Shown here piece after piece: positions 27,648 through 35,700 of a stretch of 38,380 nt of DNA. The DNA is taken from assembly GCA_050010475.1 (NCBI GenBank), contig JBEKKY010000001.1, positions 1 through 38,380 on the forward strand, in the 5' to 3' direction. A program made the position numbers and the translations under genes. Origin of the DNA: Acidobacteriota bacterium (GTDB lineage: Bacteria; Acidobacteriota; UBA6911). Under the pieces are notes generated by a model. It had not been told where the DNA came from. It ran no database searches and saw nothing but the letters and a program-made list of their open reading frames with translations. Numbering within the stretch: the first letter of the stretch is position 1; each line of letters begins with the position of its first letter.

Positions 27648-28679
27648 CTACCGTTCGGAAAGAGTCTGCCCGCGCTGCCTGTACATGCGATCGTAGTAGG
27701 TGAGATACGATCCGGAGCGCACGTGATCGATCCACTGGGAATTGCGGCGATACCAGTCGATAGTCTCCCGGATTCCACGATCGAAGAGCATTTGCGCGTG
27801 CCAGTGCAGGTCGTTCTCCAGCTTTGAGCAATCGATCGCATATCGGCGGTCGTGTCCGGGACGGTCTTCGACATAGCGAATGAGGGATTCATCCTTGTCC
27901 AGCAATTTTAAAATCAACTGAGCCACATAAATGTTGGGGAGCTCTTGTCTTCCTCCGACGTTATAGACCTCCCCATCCTTTCCCTTATGGAGCACCACAT
28001 CAATTGCAGCACAGTGATCCCGGACGTGAATCCAGTCCCGCACATTCATGCCGTCTCCATAAATCGGCAGAGGCTCGCCGGCAATGGCGTTGCTGATCAG
28101 CAGCGGAATGAGCTTCTCGGGAAATTGATAGGGGCCGTAATTGTTGGAGCATCGTGTGATGATTCCGGGAAAGCCGTGGGTGTGGCAATAGCTCCGGACC
28201 AGAAGGTCTGCCGACGCTTTGCTCGCTGCGTACGGGCTGTTTGGTTCTATGGGGCTGAGTTCCGTAAACAGGCCGGATGCTCCCAGACTGCCGTAGACTT
28301 CATCGGTGGATATTTGGATGAAGCGGCCGATTTTGTTTTTCCTGCTTAACTCGACCAGATTCAGAGTTCCAACCACATTGGTCCGAATAAACTCCTGAGA
28401 ATGAAGGATGCTGCGATCTACGTGGGATTCGGCGGCAAAATTTACAACGGCGTCAACCCCCTTCCGGAGTATCCGGCCCACGGCGTCCGGATCGCATATA
28501 TCCGCCTGGATGAACTGGTGGCGAGAGTCATGCTCGAGACCCGATAAATTCTCGAGATTGCCGGCATAAGTGAGCTTATCCAGATTCAACACGTGGTAGT
28601 CCGGATAGTTCTCGAGCATGAATCGGACGAAATTAGATCCGATAAAACCGGCCCCACCTGTAACCAGCAGTTTCATCAT
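27648..28679 (-). CDS. rfbB: dTDP-glucose 4,6-dehydratase
   Basis: TGGAGFIG, DKLTYAGN, AAESHVDRSI, STDEVYG, YAASK, NNYGPYQFPEKLIP, DRPGHDRRY. Start is uncertain within 28676-28682. Confidence 0.97.
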   Translation of the reverse strand: MMKLLVTGGAGFIGSNFVRFMLENYPDYHVLNLDKLTYAGNLENLSGLEHDSRHQFIQADICDPDAVGRILRKGVDAVVNFAAESHVDRSILHSQEFIRTNVVGTLNLVELSRKNKIGRFIQISTDEVYGSLGASGLFTELSPIEPNSPYAASKASADLLVRSYCHTHGFPGIITRCSNNYGPYQFPEKLIPLLISNAIAGEPLPIYGDGMNVRDWIHVRDHCAAIDVVLHKGKDGEVYNVGGRQELPNIYVAQLILKLLDKDESLIRYVEDRPGHDRRYAIDCSKLENDLHWHAQMLFDRGIRETIDWYRRNSQWIDHVRSGSYLTYYDRMYRQRGQTLSER

Positions 28680-28726
28680 CACAGTTATTTCGGGATTTGC
28701 TTATTTGACGTCTGCTTAGCTGCCTG

Positions 28727-29479
28727 CTACTTCACTGCAACAGCCGGTGTTTTCTGTTCTCGTTCTGCATTCTGGCAGACGAGATTGGATGCCCGAAGAA
28801 GGGATTCAAAAGTCCCAGCATCCGTCCACCAGCCGTCCAGAATGTCATATTGCATTCTCCCCTGCTCTATATAACAGTTGTTCACGTCCGTGATCTCCAA
28901 TTCCCCTCGCCCGGACGGCTTCAGAGTCTTGATAATCTCGAAAACCGTTGCATCATACATATAAATTCCCGTCACGGCGAACTTCGAGGACGGATGCACC
29001 GGCTTTTCGTCGATCCGAACAATCCGCTTGCGCCGGATTTCGGGCACGCCGAACCGCTGGGGATCCGGGACCTCCTTCAACAGTATTCTCGCTCCGGACC
29101 GCTGCTTCTGGAAGTTCTCCACATATCGGGAGATTGAACCCTCCACGATGTTGTCGCCGAGGATGACGCAAATCGGATTTTGATCGGCAAAGAATTCCGC
29201 AAGAGACAAAGCCGCGGCGATCCCCCCCTCTCCCTCCTGATAGGTGTAATTGATGTGGTTGAGTCCGAACTCTTTGCCGTTGCCGAGCAGGCGGAGGAAA
29301 TCGCCGGCATTTTTTCCGCCGGTAACAATCAGGATGTCACGGATTCCTGCGTCTACCATCAGTTCGATGGGATAGTAAATCATCGGCTTGTTATAGATGG
29401 GCAGCAGGTGCTTGTTTGTCACTTTAGTCAGTGGATGCAGCCTTGTTCCCAAACCTCCCGCCAGAACAATACCTTTCAT
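28727..29479 (-). CDS. rfbA: Glucose-1-phosphate thymidylyltransferase (short, SpsI-like form)
   Basis: LAGGLGTRL, KHLLPIY, LGDN, EKP, RGELEITD, WWTDAGT. Confidence 0.92.
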   Translation of the reverse strand: MKGIVLAGGLGTRLHPLTKVTNKHLLPIYNKPMIYYPIELMVDAGIRDILIVTGGKNAGDFLRLLGNGKEFGLNHINYTYQEGEGGIAAALSLAEFFADQNPICVILGDNIVEGSISRYVENFQKQRSGARILLKEVPDPQRFGVPEIRRKRIVRIDEKPVHPSSKFAVTGIYMYDATVFEIIKTLKPSGRGELEITDVNNCYIEQGRMQYDILDGWWTDAGTFESLLRASNLVCQNAEREQKTPAVAVK

Positions 29480-29562
29480 GAGTTGACCTCAAATAAATGA
29501 GATGATTTCAAAACAAGCGCCTACTATAACTCTGAGGGCCGGCTCTTAAAACAAAGAAAACA

Positions 29563-29632
29563 GAACGCTCCCTATTTCGCGTTTAAGCTGCGGCAATCCA
29601 AAAGCCAATGGGCAAAATCGGGGAGCGTCCCC
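29563..29632. repeat. Degenerate member of the GGGGAC/GGTGAC REP-like palindrome family
   Basis: acgctccctatttcgc ... gcaaaatcggggagcgtcccc; resembles 19217-19300. Confidence 0.7.
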
Positions 29633-29638
29633 TCTCGA

Positions 29639-31327
29639 CTACTGTGACTTTTCGGCCGATACCTGAACCGGTTGATTGACCTTGAAATCGGCCGTAGTGG
29701 AGACCGATTTGTTGGAAATATTATCGACAACCTTTATTTCCAACTTGTATTTTCCAGGCGAGATCGCATTCAGCGGAATCTTTCCCAAAACCACGACGCG
29801 CAGGCCGTAAAAGAGCTGCTCTGAGTTGAAAGGATTACCCTTAAGCTCCTCGATTACCTTATCCCCGTTCTTGATCGTGAACGTTACATCCAGCGACGGG
29901 TTCTGCTTGGTCTGGTCGATATCCATGTTGTAAACCTGCATATAAGGAAGCAGGTTCTGACCTTGCAGGTATTCGGATCTCACATTCGGCACAACCTTCA
30001 TATCTCCGATTACGTACTGCTGCAGTTGATCTGAGGTCGTACGGGTTGGAGCAATCGAATTGGCAAGAATGATGCTGCTGGACTGCAGCGCTGTTTCTTC
30101 GTATTTGGGAATATTCAGCACCCGGCTGAGGGAGCCGACATTCTTGCTGTTGGTATCCTTCAGAACCAGGTCGAGCCGGTATCGCTGGCCCGGAGGCACC
30201 GAAATGATCTTTTGATATTCCGATCGCTTATTCTTTCCCTCTTCGAAGTACTGGTCCGAGTACTCTACGTTGATCACGTCTTCCCACTCATACATGATGC
30301 GGCCAGAGAGGCTTTTTACCACTCCATATACGTTGACGGCTCCCCGGCTGAACTCGGTTTCCTTCTTAAATTCCAGATCCTTGTTGCTGAGCTCGATGGT
30401 AACCGGGACAAGGACTTTGTCGGCGGAAAGCTTCATGTAATCCGTTCTGAGGTCATACGGGAAGGAAGTGAAAGTGACGTTCGCGGTTACAATGCTTTTC
30501 AAGTCCTCAAACTTGATCTGAGGCGGACGCTGCACGCTGAAATACTGCTCCATACGCGAAAAGGGGTTATCCTTGGCGCGCGCGAACATATTTTCGGGGT
30601 TGTTAACATCGCCGTATCCTTCCGGGTTGAAATAGGGGCGATCCGTTTTCTGCGCCAGACCCATTTGTTCAGCGTACGTCAGCCCGGCGTTGGGCACATT
30701 GATCAGGGCGTCCTTTTCCTCCGGACTCATCGCAATCTTATACTCGCCGCTGTTCGATTGGTCGACAAACTCGATATCGATATCGTCTCCGACCCCATCA
30801 ATGTGACGGTACCACCATTTTTCAAACGGGTACGTGGATGTCGTTCCGCCACCTTCGTTCATCGGCCGGTCATAAGTGCCGCCGGTCGGATGAGATTCCT
30901 GCTCATCCGGCTTCCCGTACATGATATAGATCCGCCCACGATCTGTTCTCCAGCCTGGTACGCCCGAAGCAAAGTGCTCATTTGCATATGCGATCCGGCG
31001 ATAATGCTCTTCTTTGAAAGAGTTTCCCGAGGAGTGCGGATCGGGGTTCCTGCGCTCCCAGAATTGATCGATAAATGCGTCCCGCTCCTCGTCGTTTGAC
31101 AGTTTTTTGAAAACACTTCGCTCTTCGTCCGTAATGATGTAATTAGCATCCTGCTCAAGCCACTTCTTGTAATAGGACGCCTGATCGCCCTCCTTGTTTT
31201 TCTTGGTTTTTGCTTTTTCCGATTTAGGCTTATCCGGTGTATCCGATGGGGAACTCGAAAAGGAATAGCCGGCATTAAAGCCGAGGCACAATAAAGCCAA
31301 AATCATCAATAACCTCGAATAACGCAT
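29639..31327 (-). CDS. GWxTD domain-containing exported protein
   Basis: Signal peptide, YKKWL..D..YII, FWERRNP, EHYRRI, GWRTDRGRIY, C-terminal beta-sandwich-like regions; GGAGG RBS. Confidence 0.93.
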   Translation of the reverse strand: MRYSRLLMILALLCLGFNAGYSFSSSPSDTPDKPKSEKAKTKKNKEGDQASYYKKWLEQDANYIITDEERSVFKKLSNDEERDAFIDQFWERRNPDPHSSGNSFKEEHYRRIAYANEHFASGVPGWRTDRGRIYIMYGKPDEQESHPTGGTYDRPMNEGGGTTSTYPFEKWWYRHIDGVGDDIDIEFVDQSNSGEYKIAMSPEEKDALINVPNAGLTYAEQMGLAQKTDRPYFNPEGYGDVNNPENMFARAKDNPFSRMEQYFSVQRPPQIKFEDLKSIVTANVTFTSFPYDLRTDYMKLSADKVLVPVTIELSNKDLEFKKETEFSRGAVNVYGVVKSLSGRIMYEWEDVINVEYSDQYFEEGKNKRSEYQKIISVPPGQRYRLDLVLKDTNSKNVGSLSRVLNIPKYEETALQSSSIILANSIAPTRTTSDQLQQYVIGDMKVVPNVRSEYLQGQNLLPYMQVYNMDIDQTKQNPSLDVTFTIKNGDKVIEELKGNPFNSEQLFYGLRVVVLGKIPLNAISPGKYKLEIKVVDNISNKSVSTTADFKVNQPVQVSAEKSQ

Positions 31328-31362
31328 AGCGCACCCTCCGAGCGGATCAAATCCGTGAGAAG

Positions 31363-31391
31363 ATTATAGGTATTCCGAACCGTTGAGTCAA
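31363..31391 (-). promoter_or_regulatory. Near-consensus sigma70 promoter for the GWxTD gene
   Basis: TTGACT (31391-31386) - N17 - TATAAT (31368-31363). Confidence 0.7.
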
Positions 31392-31558
31392 CGAATGCGG
31401 AATTGCGGATCGAATGACCCGCGGAAGCGCACCGATCCGCAGCTGTGGCCTCCAATTTACGAAAATGGTATAAAGAGTACATGGGTATACTCTATTCAAA
31501 GAATGTCTTACCTTAAGTATAGGATCTGCAACAAAAGGAAATGGTTCAATGGGTGAAA

Positions 31559-31597
31559 AATCAGGAATCAGGAATCAGGAATCAGGAATCAGGAATC
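31559..31597. repeat. Perfect tandem heptamer (AATCAGG)x5.6
   Basis: Five exact copies plus AATC in the leader of the acyl-CoA dehydrogenase gene. Confidence 0.97.
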
Positions 31598-31622
31598 TCT
31601 CAAACCTGAGAGGTGAACCTCA

Positions 31623-32807
31623 ATGAGTCCTGAAGCTCCAAGTGCAGAAAGCGGAAACGCACTGCCATTGACAGTCCTAACAGAAGATGAACGGTTGTTT
31701 CGCTCCAGCATTCGGGATTTTGCAGATGAGCAGATTCGGCCGTTGGTGTCCCGGATGGATCAAGAGGAGCGAATCGATCCTGCGCTGATTCGGCAATTCT
31801 TCGAACTGGGACTCATGGGAGTGGAAGTCAGCGAAAACTATGGTGGCTCAGGGGGGACTTTCTTTATGGCAATCCTCGCCGTAGAGGAGATCTCAAGGGT
31901 CGACGCTGCGGCAAGCATTATTGTGGATGTCCAAAACACTCTGGTGAACAATGCCATCACTCGCTGGGGGACTGAGGAGGTGAAACGGAGATACCTCCCG
32001 CGTCTTTGCGCAGAAAGCGTCGGCGCCTATGCGCTCTCCGAGGCCGGGTCCGGGAGCGACGCTTTCGGAATGGCTACCCGGGCCGTAAAGCGCGGCGGCG
32101 GATTTGTTCTGAACGGCCGCAAGCTTTGGATCACCAATGCGGCTGAAGCCGAAATATTCATCGTTTTCGCAAATATCGATCCATCGGAAGGCTACCGGGG
32201 AATAACAGCATTAATCCTTGAGAAAAACACCCCCGGGTTTGCCGTGGGCAAGAGAGAGGACAAGCTCGGAATCCGGGCCAGCTCCACTTGTGAATTGATT
32301 CTGGATGACTGCTATGTCCCCGACAATCAGATCCTTGGCGATCCCGGAAAGGGATACAAGGTTGCGCTGGAAACCCTGAATGAAGGGCGCATCGGGATCG
32401 GCGCTCAGATGATAGGAGTCGCTGAGGGAGCTCTCGAGTGTGCAATCCGGTATTCGCACGAACGAAAGCAATTTGGAAAGACCCTCTCCGGCTTCCAAGC
32501 AGTTCAGTTTCAAATCGCCCAGATGGCAACCGAACTTGAAGCGGCGCGGCTGATGGTCTACAACGCCGCAAGACTGAAAATGACGGGAAAAAGCTATCTC
32601 AAAGAAGCCGCGATGGCGAAGTATATTTCCTCGGTAATGGCTGAGCGCATCACCAGTCAATCCCTCGAGTTGTTTGGAGGATATGGCTATACCCGTGAAT
32701 ATCCTGTGGAAAAATATTACAGAGATGCGAAGATTGGAAAGATATACGAAGGCACTTCCAACATGCAGCTTCAAACAATTGCCAAGCAGATTCTGGGATC
32801 CTCTTGA
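31623..32807 (+). CDS. Acyl-CoA dehydrogenase (short/branched-chain type)
   Basis: DVQNTL, ALSEAGSGSDA, KLWITN, KLGIRASST, LNEGRIGI, RKQFG, GGYGY, IYEGT; GAGGTG RBS. Confidence 0.93.
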   Translation: MSPEAPSAESGNALPLTVLTEDERLFRSSIRDFADEQIRPLVSRMDQEERIDPALIRQFFELGLMGVEVSENYGGSGGTFFMAILAVEEISRVDAAASIIVDVQNTLVNNAITRWGTEEVKRRYLPRLCAESVGAYALSEAGSGSDAFGMATRAVKRGGGFVLNGRKLWITNAAEAEIFIVFANIDPSEGYRGITALILEKNTPGFAVGKREDKLGIRASSTCELILDDCYVPDNQILGDPGKGYKVALETLNEGRIGIGAQMIGVAEGALECAIRYSHERKQFGKTLSGFQAVQFQIAQMATELEAARLMVYNAARLKMTGKSYLKEAAMAKYISSVMAERITSQSLELFGGYGYTREYPVEKYYRDAKIGKIYEGTSNMQLQTIAKQILGSS

Positions 32808-32811
32808 ACTT

Positions 32812-32864
32812 CAAAGACACAAAGGCTCAAAAGAGCAAATTCGAGCCGTGGAGCCTTCAAGGCT
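32812..32864. repeat. Degenerate inverted repeat with 8-bp periodic arms
   Basis: caaagaca caaaggct caaaag ... ttcgagcc gtggagcc ttcaaggc. Confidence 0.55.
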
Positions 32865-32946
32865 AGAAAAGTTTTGCAAAAAAGCTGCGGCAATGCCAGT
32901 ATGTGCGACTGCAAATTGTTACAAAGCGAATTGTTGAGAAAAACCT

Positions 32947-33963
32947 ATGACCGATACCCCCCCAAAAATGATTATTGTTTCCGGCATTCAACCCTCCGGA
33001 GACCTCCATCTCGGCAACTACTTCGGCGCTGTCCAGCAATTCATTCAATTCATTGAAGATGGGCATGAGTGCTATTACTTTTTGGCCAACTATCATGCGC
33101 TGACCACCATCCGTGACCGGCAGCAGCTGATGGACCTGACGCGGAATGCGGCCGTCAGCTATCTGGCTCTGGGGTTGGATCCACAACGCTGTGCCATCTA
33201 TTTGCAAAGCGACCTGTCCGAAGTCTGCGAACTGCAGTGGTTGCTGACAACCGTGACACCGATGGGACTGCTGGAACGCTGCCATGCATATAAGGAGAAA
33301 GTTCAGCAGGGTATAACGGCCGATCATGGCCTTTTCGCATACCCCGTATTGATGGCTGCCGATATCTTGATCGTTCGCGCCAACCGGGTTCCCGTGGGAC
33401 AGGATCAAAAGCAGCATGTGGAGGTGACCCGCGATATCGCTCAGTACTTCAACAATGCTTACGGGGAAATGCTGACAATTCCCGAACCATATATTCAGGA
33501 GAGCGTGGCAACTGTTCCCGGCCGGGATGGACGAAAAATGTCCAAATCTTACAACAATACGATCGGGCTGTTTGCGAAAGAAGAGGAACTGCGCCAGCAG
33601 ATATTCTCGATTGTAACCGACTCGGCTTCGGTTGCGGAACCGAAAGACCCGGATCGCAGCGTGCTTTACGCAATCCTCAAGCTTTTTTGCGATTCCGAAA
33701 CCCAGGCCTATTGGGCCGATCGCTTCCTCAGCGGAGGATTGAGTTACCGCGAGGTGAAACAGGCCATATTCGACAAGTTTATGGAAAAGTTCGGACCTGC
33801 CCGCGCCCGCCGCGAAGAGCTCTTGAAGCAGCCGGAGTTCGTGGACCAGATACTGAAACGTGGTGTGGAACAGGCGCGCAGCATAGCCTTGCCCCTGGTG
33901 CGTCAAGTTCGAGATGCAGTAGGAATACCGAATGCTAAATTACGAATGACGAATGACGAATGA
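32947..33963 (+). CDS. trpS: Tryptophan--tRNA ligase
   Basis: SGIQPSG, HLGN (HIGH-like), YPVLMAADIL, VPVGQDQKQH, KMSKS. Confidence 0.98.
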   Translation: MTDTPPKMIIVSGIQPSGDLHLGNYFGAVQQFIQFIEDGHECYYFLANYHALTTIRDRQQLMDLTRNAAVSYLALGLDPQRCAIYLQSDLSEVCELQWLLTTVTPMGLLERCHAYKEKVQQGITADHGLFAYPVLMAADILIVRANRVPVGQDQKQHVEVTRDIAQYFNNAYGEMLTIPEPYIQESVATVPGRDGRKMSKSYNNTIGLFAKEEELRQQIFSIVTDSASVAEPKDPDRSVLYAILKLFCDSETQAYWADRFLSGGLSYREVKQAIFDKFMEKFGPARARREELLKQPEFVDQILKRGVEQARSIALPLVRQVRDAVGIPNAKLRMTNDE

Positions 33964-34047
33964 CGAATTGAAACATCAGGCAGGAGTTATTCCTCACCTT
34001 TGGCTTCAGCCCTTCAATTCGTAATTCGTCATTTGTAATTCGTAATT
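33938..34047. repeat. Inverted repeat of tandem heptamers whose arms contain the stop codons of both trpS and pepP
   Basis: aattacg (aatgacg)x3 aattgaa ... ttcaatt cgtaatt cgtcatt tgtaatt cgtaatt. Confidence 0.93.
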
Positions 34048-35450
34048 ACATTACAGGCTTCCTCGATCTCAGGTATTGTCTTTGGGATTCCGGGCCCGAG
34101 AACATGGCTCCCGGCAGGCGTGACCAGGACGTTGTCCTCAATTCGAATCCCGCCAAATCCTGCAAAGGCGCTTACTTTTTCGTAATTGATGAATTCCTTA
34201 TGCAGGCGCTCGTTTTGCCAGCGCTCAATTAGCGCCGGAATGAAATAGACGCCCGGCTCCACCGTCAACACAAAACCGGCTTCAAGCGGTCGGCTCAGAC
34301 GCAGAAAATTCAGACCAAACTGCCCGCTTCGCTTTTCCCTTTTGACGTATCCGACGATATCCCCCAGATCCTCCATATCATGGACGTCCAATCCAAGCAT
34401 GTGGCCGATCCCGTGCGGGAAAAAAAGCGCATGCGCGCCCGCATCAACAGCGTCCGATGGGTTGCCCTGCATAAGGCCGATGGTGCGCATCCCTTCCGCC
34501 AAAATCCTGCAGGCGCCCAGATGAACTTCGCGGTAGGAAATTCCCGGCTTGACCATGCCGATGGTCGCTAGCTGCATGTGCAAGACAATTTGATACACTT
34601 CCGCCTGTTGGGCCGTAAAACGTCCGCTAACCGGAAACGTCCTGGTAATATCGGACGCGTAATACCTGGGGGATTCGGCGCCTGAGTCGTTCAAAACGAG
34701 CTGCCCTTCGGCCAGAACACCGTTATAGGAATGGTTGTGCAGCACTTCCCCCCGAACCGTAACGATTGGGCTATATGCCTGTTCGCGGTCGCTGGACAAC
34801 GCGATGCCCTGGATAAGCCCTGCGAGTTCGCTTTCACGTTTTCCCGGTTTTGCCGCCGCCATGCATGCCCGGTGCATGCGATCCGTAATAACAAGCGCAT
34901 CTTCAATCTCAGCGATCTCGACATCCGATTTGACGCTTCTCTGTTTCGCGACCTGTTCCATCAGGATTTGCGATACGTTGGCCATGACTTCGCCGGTCTC
35001 CATATTCAGTAACTCGGCGAGTCTTAGCAGCGAGGAGTGTTGATAGGGGGGCAAATAATTAATCTTCATCCCCTGGCTACGTGCCTTTGCGAGATACCCC
35101 TCCAGACGATCCATATCTTCCACCGTATCCAGCCCGGCTTCACGCGCCAGTTCGATTCGTGACGGCTCCGGTCCGTTCCAGACAATGTCATCGATGCTCG
35201 TAGGCCGTGAAAACAGCACATCGTAATCGGATTCGGGAAAGGACAGCATTGCCACGTCCGGTTTCGAAAGCCCTGTGTAATACAGGAAATGGGAGTTTTG
35301 CCGGAATCGATATGTGTTGTCGGCATAATTGCGGGGTTGCAGCACGTGTCCCACCCAGAGAATAATCCCGCCGCCCGCTTCTGCACGAATTCTGTTGCGC
35401 CTTTGCCTGTATATGTCAGGCCAGTCCGTCTCGAACGAAGTTGTGCTCAC
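34029..35450 (-). CDS. pepP: Xaa-Pro aminopeptidase (M24B)
   Basis: FRQNSHFLYYTG, LHN, DSG...YASDITRT, HGIGHMLGLDVHD, TVEPG, GIRIED; AAGGAG RBS. Confidence 0.93.
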   Translation of the reverse strand: MSTTSFETDWPDIYRQRRNRIRAEAGGGIILWVGHVLQPRNYADNTYRFRQNSHFLYYTGLSKPDVAMLSFPESDYDVLFSRPTSIDDIVWNGPEPSRIELAREAGLDTVEDMDRLEGYLAKARSQGMKINYLPPYQHSSLLRLAELLNMETGEVMANVSQILMEQVAKQRSVKSDVEIAEIEDALVITDRMHRACMAAAKPGKRESELAGLIQGIALSSDREQAYSPIVTVRGEVLHNHSYNGVLAEGQLVLNDSGAESPRYYASDITRTFPVSGRFTAQQAEVYQIVLHMQLATIGMVKPGISYREVHLGACRILAEGMRTIGLMQGNPSDAVDAGAHALFFPHGIGHMLGLDVHDMEDLGDIVGYVKREKRSGQFGLNFLRLSRPLEAGFVLTVEPGVYFIPALIERWQNERLHKEFINYEKVSAFAGFGGIRIEDNVLVTPAGSHVLGPGIPKTIPEIEEACNVITNYK

Positions 35451-35498
35451 GATGATCTCCTTACTCAGGAAGTTCAGGAATTATTATAGCGAAAAAAC

Positions 35499-35554
35499 CG
35501 TATACGCGTTCACGGGTTTATGCGTTAAAGGGCAAACGCGTGAACGCGTAAACG
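35499..35554. repeat. Inverted repeat with 8-bp periodic arms (CGTTYACG / CGTRAACG)
   Basis: cgtatacg cgttcacg ggtttatg cgtt ... aacg cgtgaacg cgtaaacg. Confidence 0.8.
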
Positions 35555-35574
35555 CTCCATCGGTGTGCTCGATA

Positions 35575-35601
35575 GTAAAACGGTGACTGTCGCCGTTTTA
35601 C
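35575..35601. repeat. Single REP-like palindrome of the GGTGAC family
   Basis: gtaaaacggtgac t gtcgccgttttac; shares aaaacggtgac with the 66-bp palindrome. Confidence 0.8.
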
Positions 35602-35604
35602 CCG

Positions 35605-35634
35605 TTGACACTTAACCGGGTGTCCAATTATCGT
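35605..35634 (+). promoter_or_regulatory. Sigma70 promoter candidate for the AOR gene with overlapping GACAC-N8-GTGTC operator-like site
   Basis: TTGACA - N18 - TATCGT. Confidence 0.5.
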
Positions 35635-35700
35635 TTACCACTTTGCGGTATCGGCCCGCCTTCAGGAAGCGGGACCCGAGTGGAATCTGGAAGGAACAGT

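Noticed and set aside
30212-31099. 295-aa ORF antisense to the GWxTD gene (similarly 2919-3710, 11377-12081, 24783-25541, 36223-36933)
   Set aside because: These are antisense shadows typical of moderately GC-rich coding DNA.
32863-33906. 347-aa ORF antisense to trpS
   Set aside because: It is a shadow ORF of a highly conserved gene, with no motifs of its own.
3659-34047. Repeats considered as a CRISPR array
   Set aside because: The units are 7-10 bp and contiguous, with no 25-40 bp repeat-spacer alternation and no cas genes.
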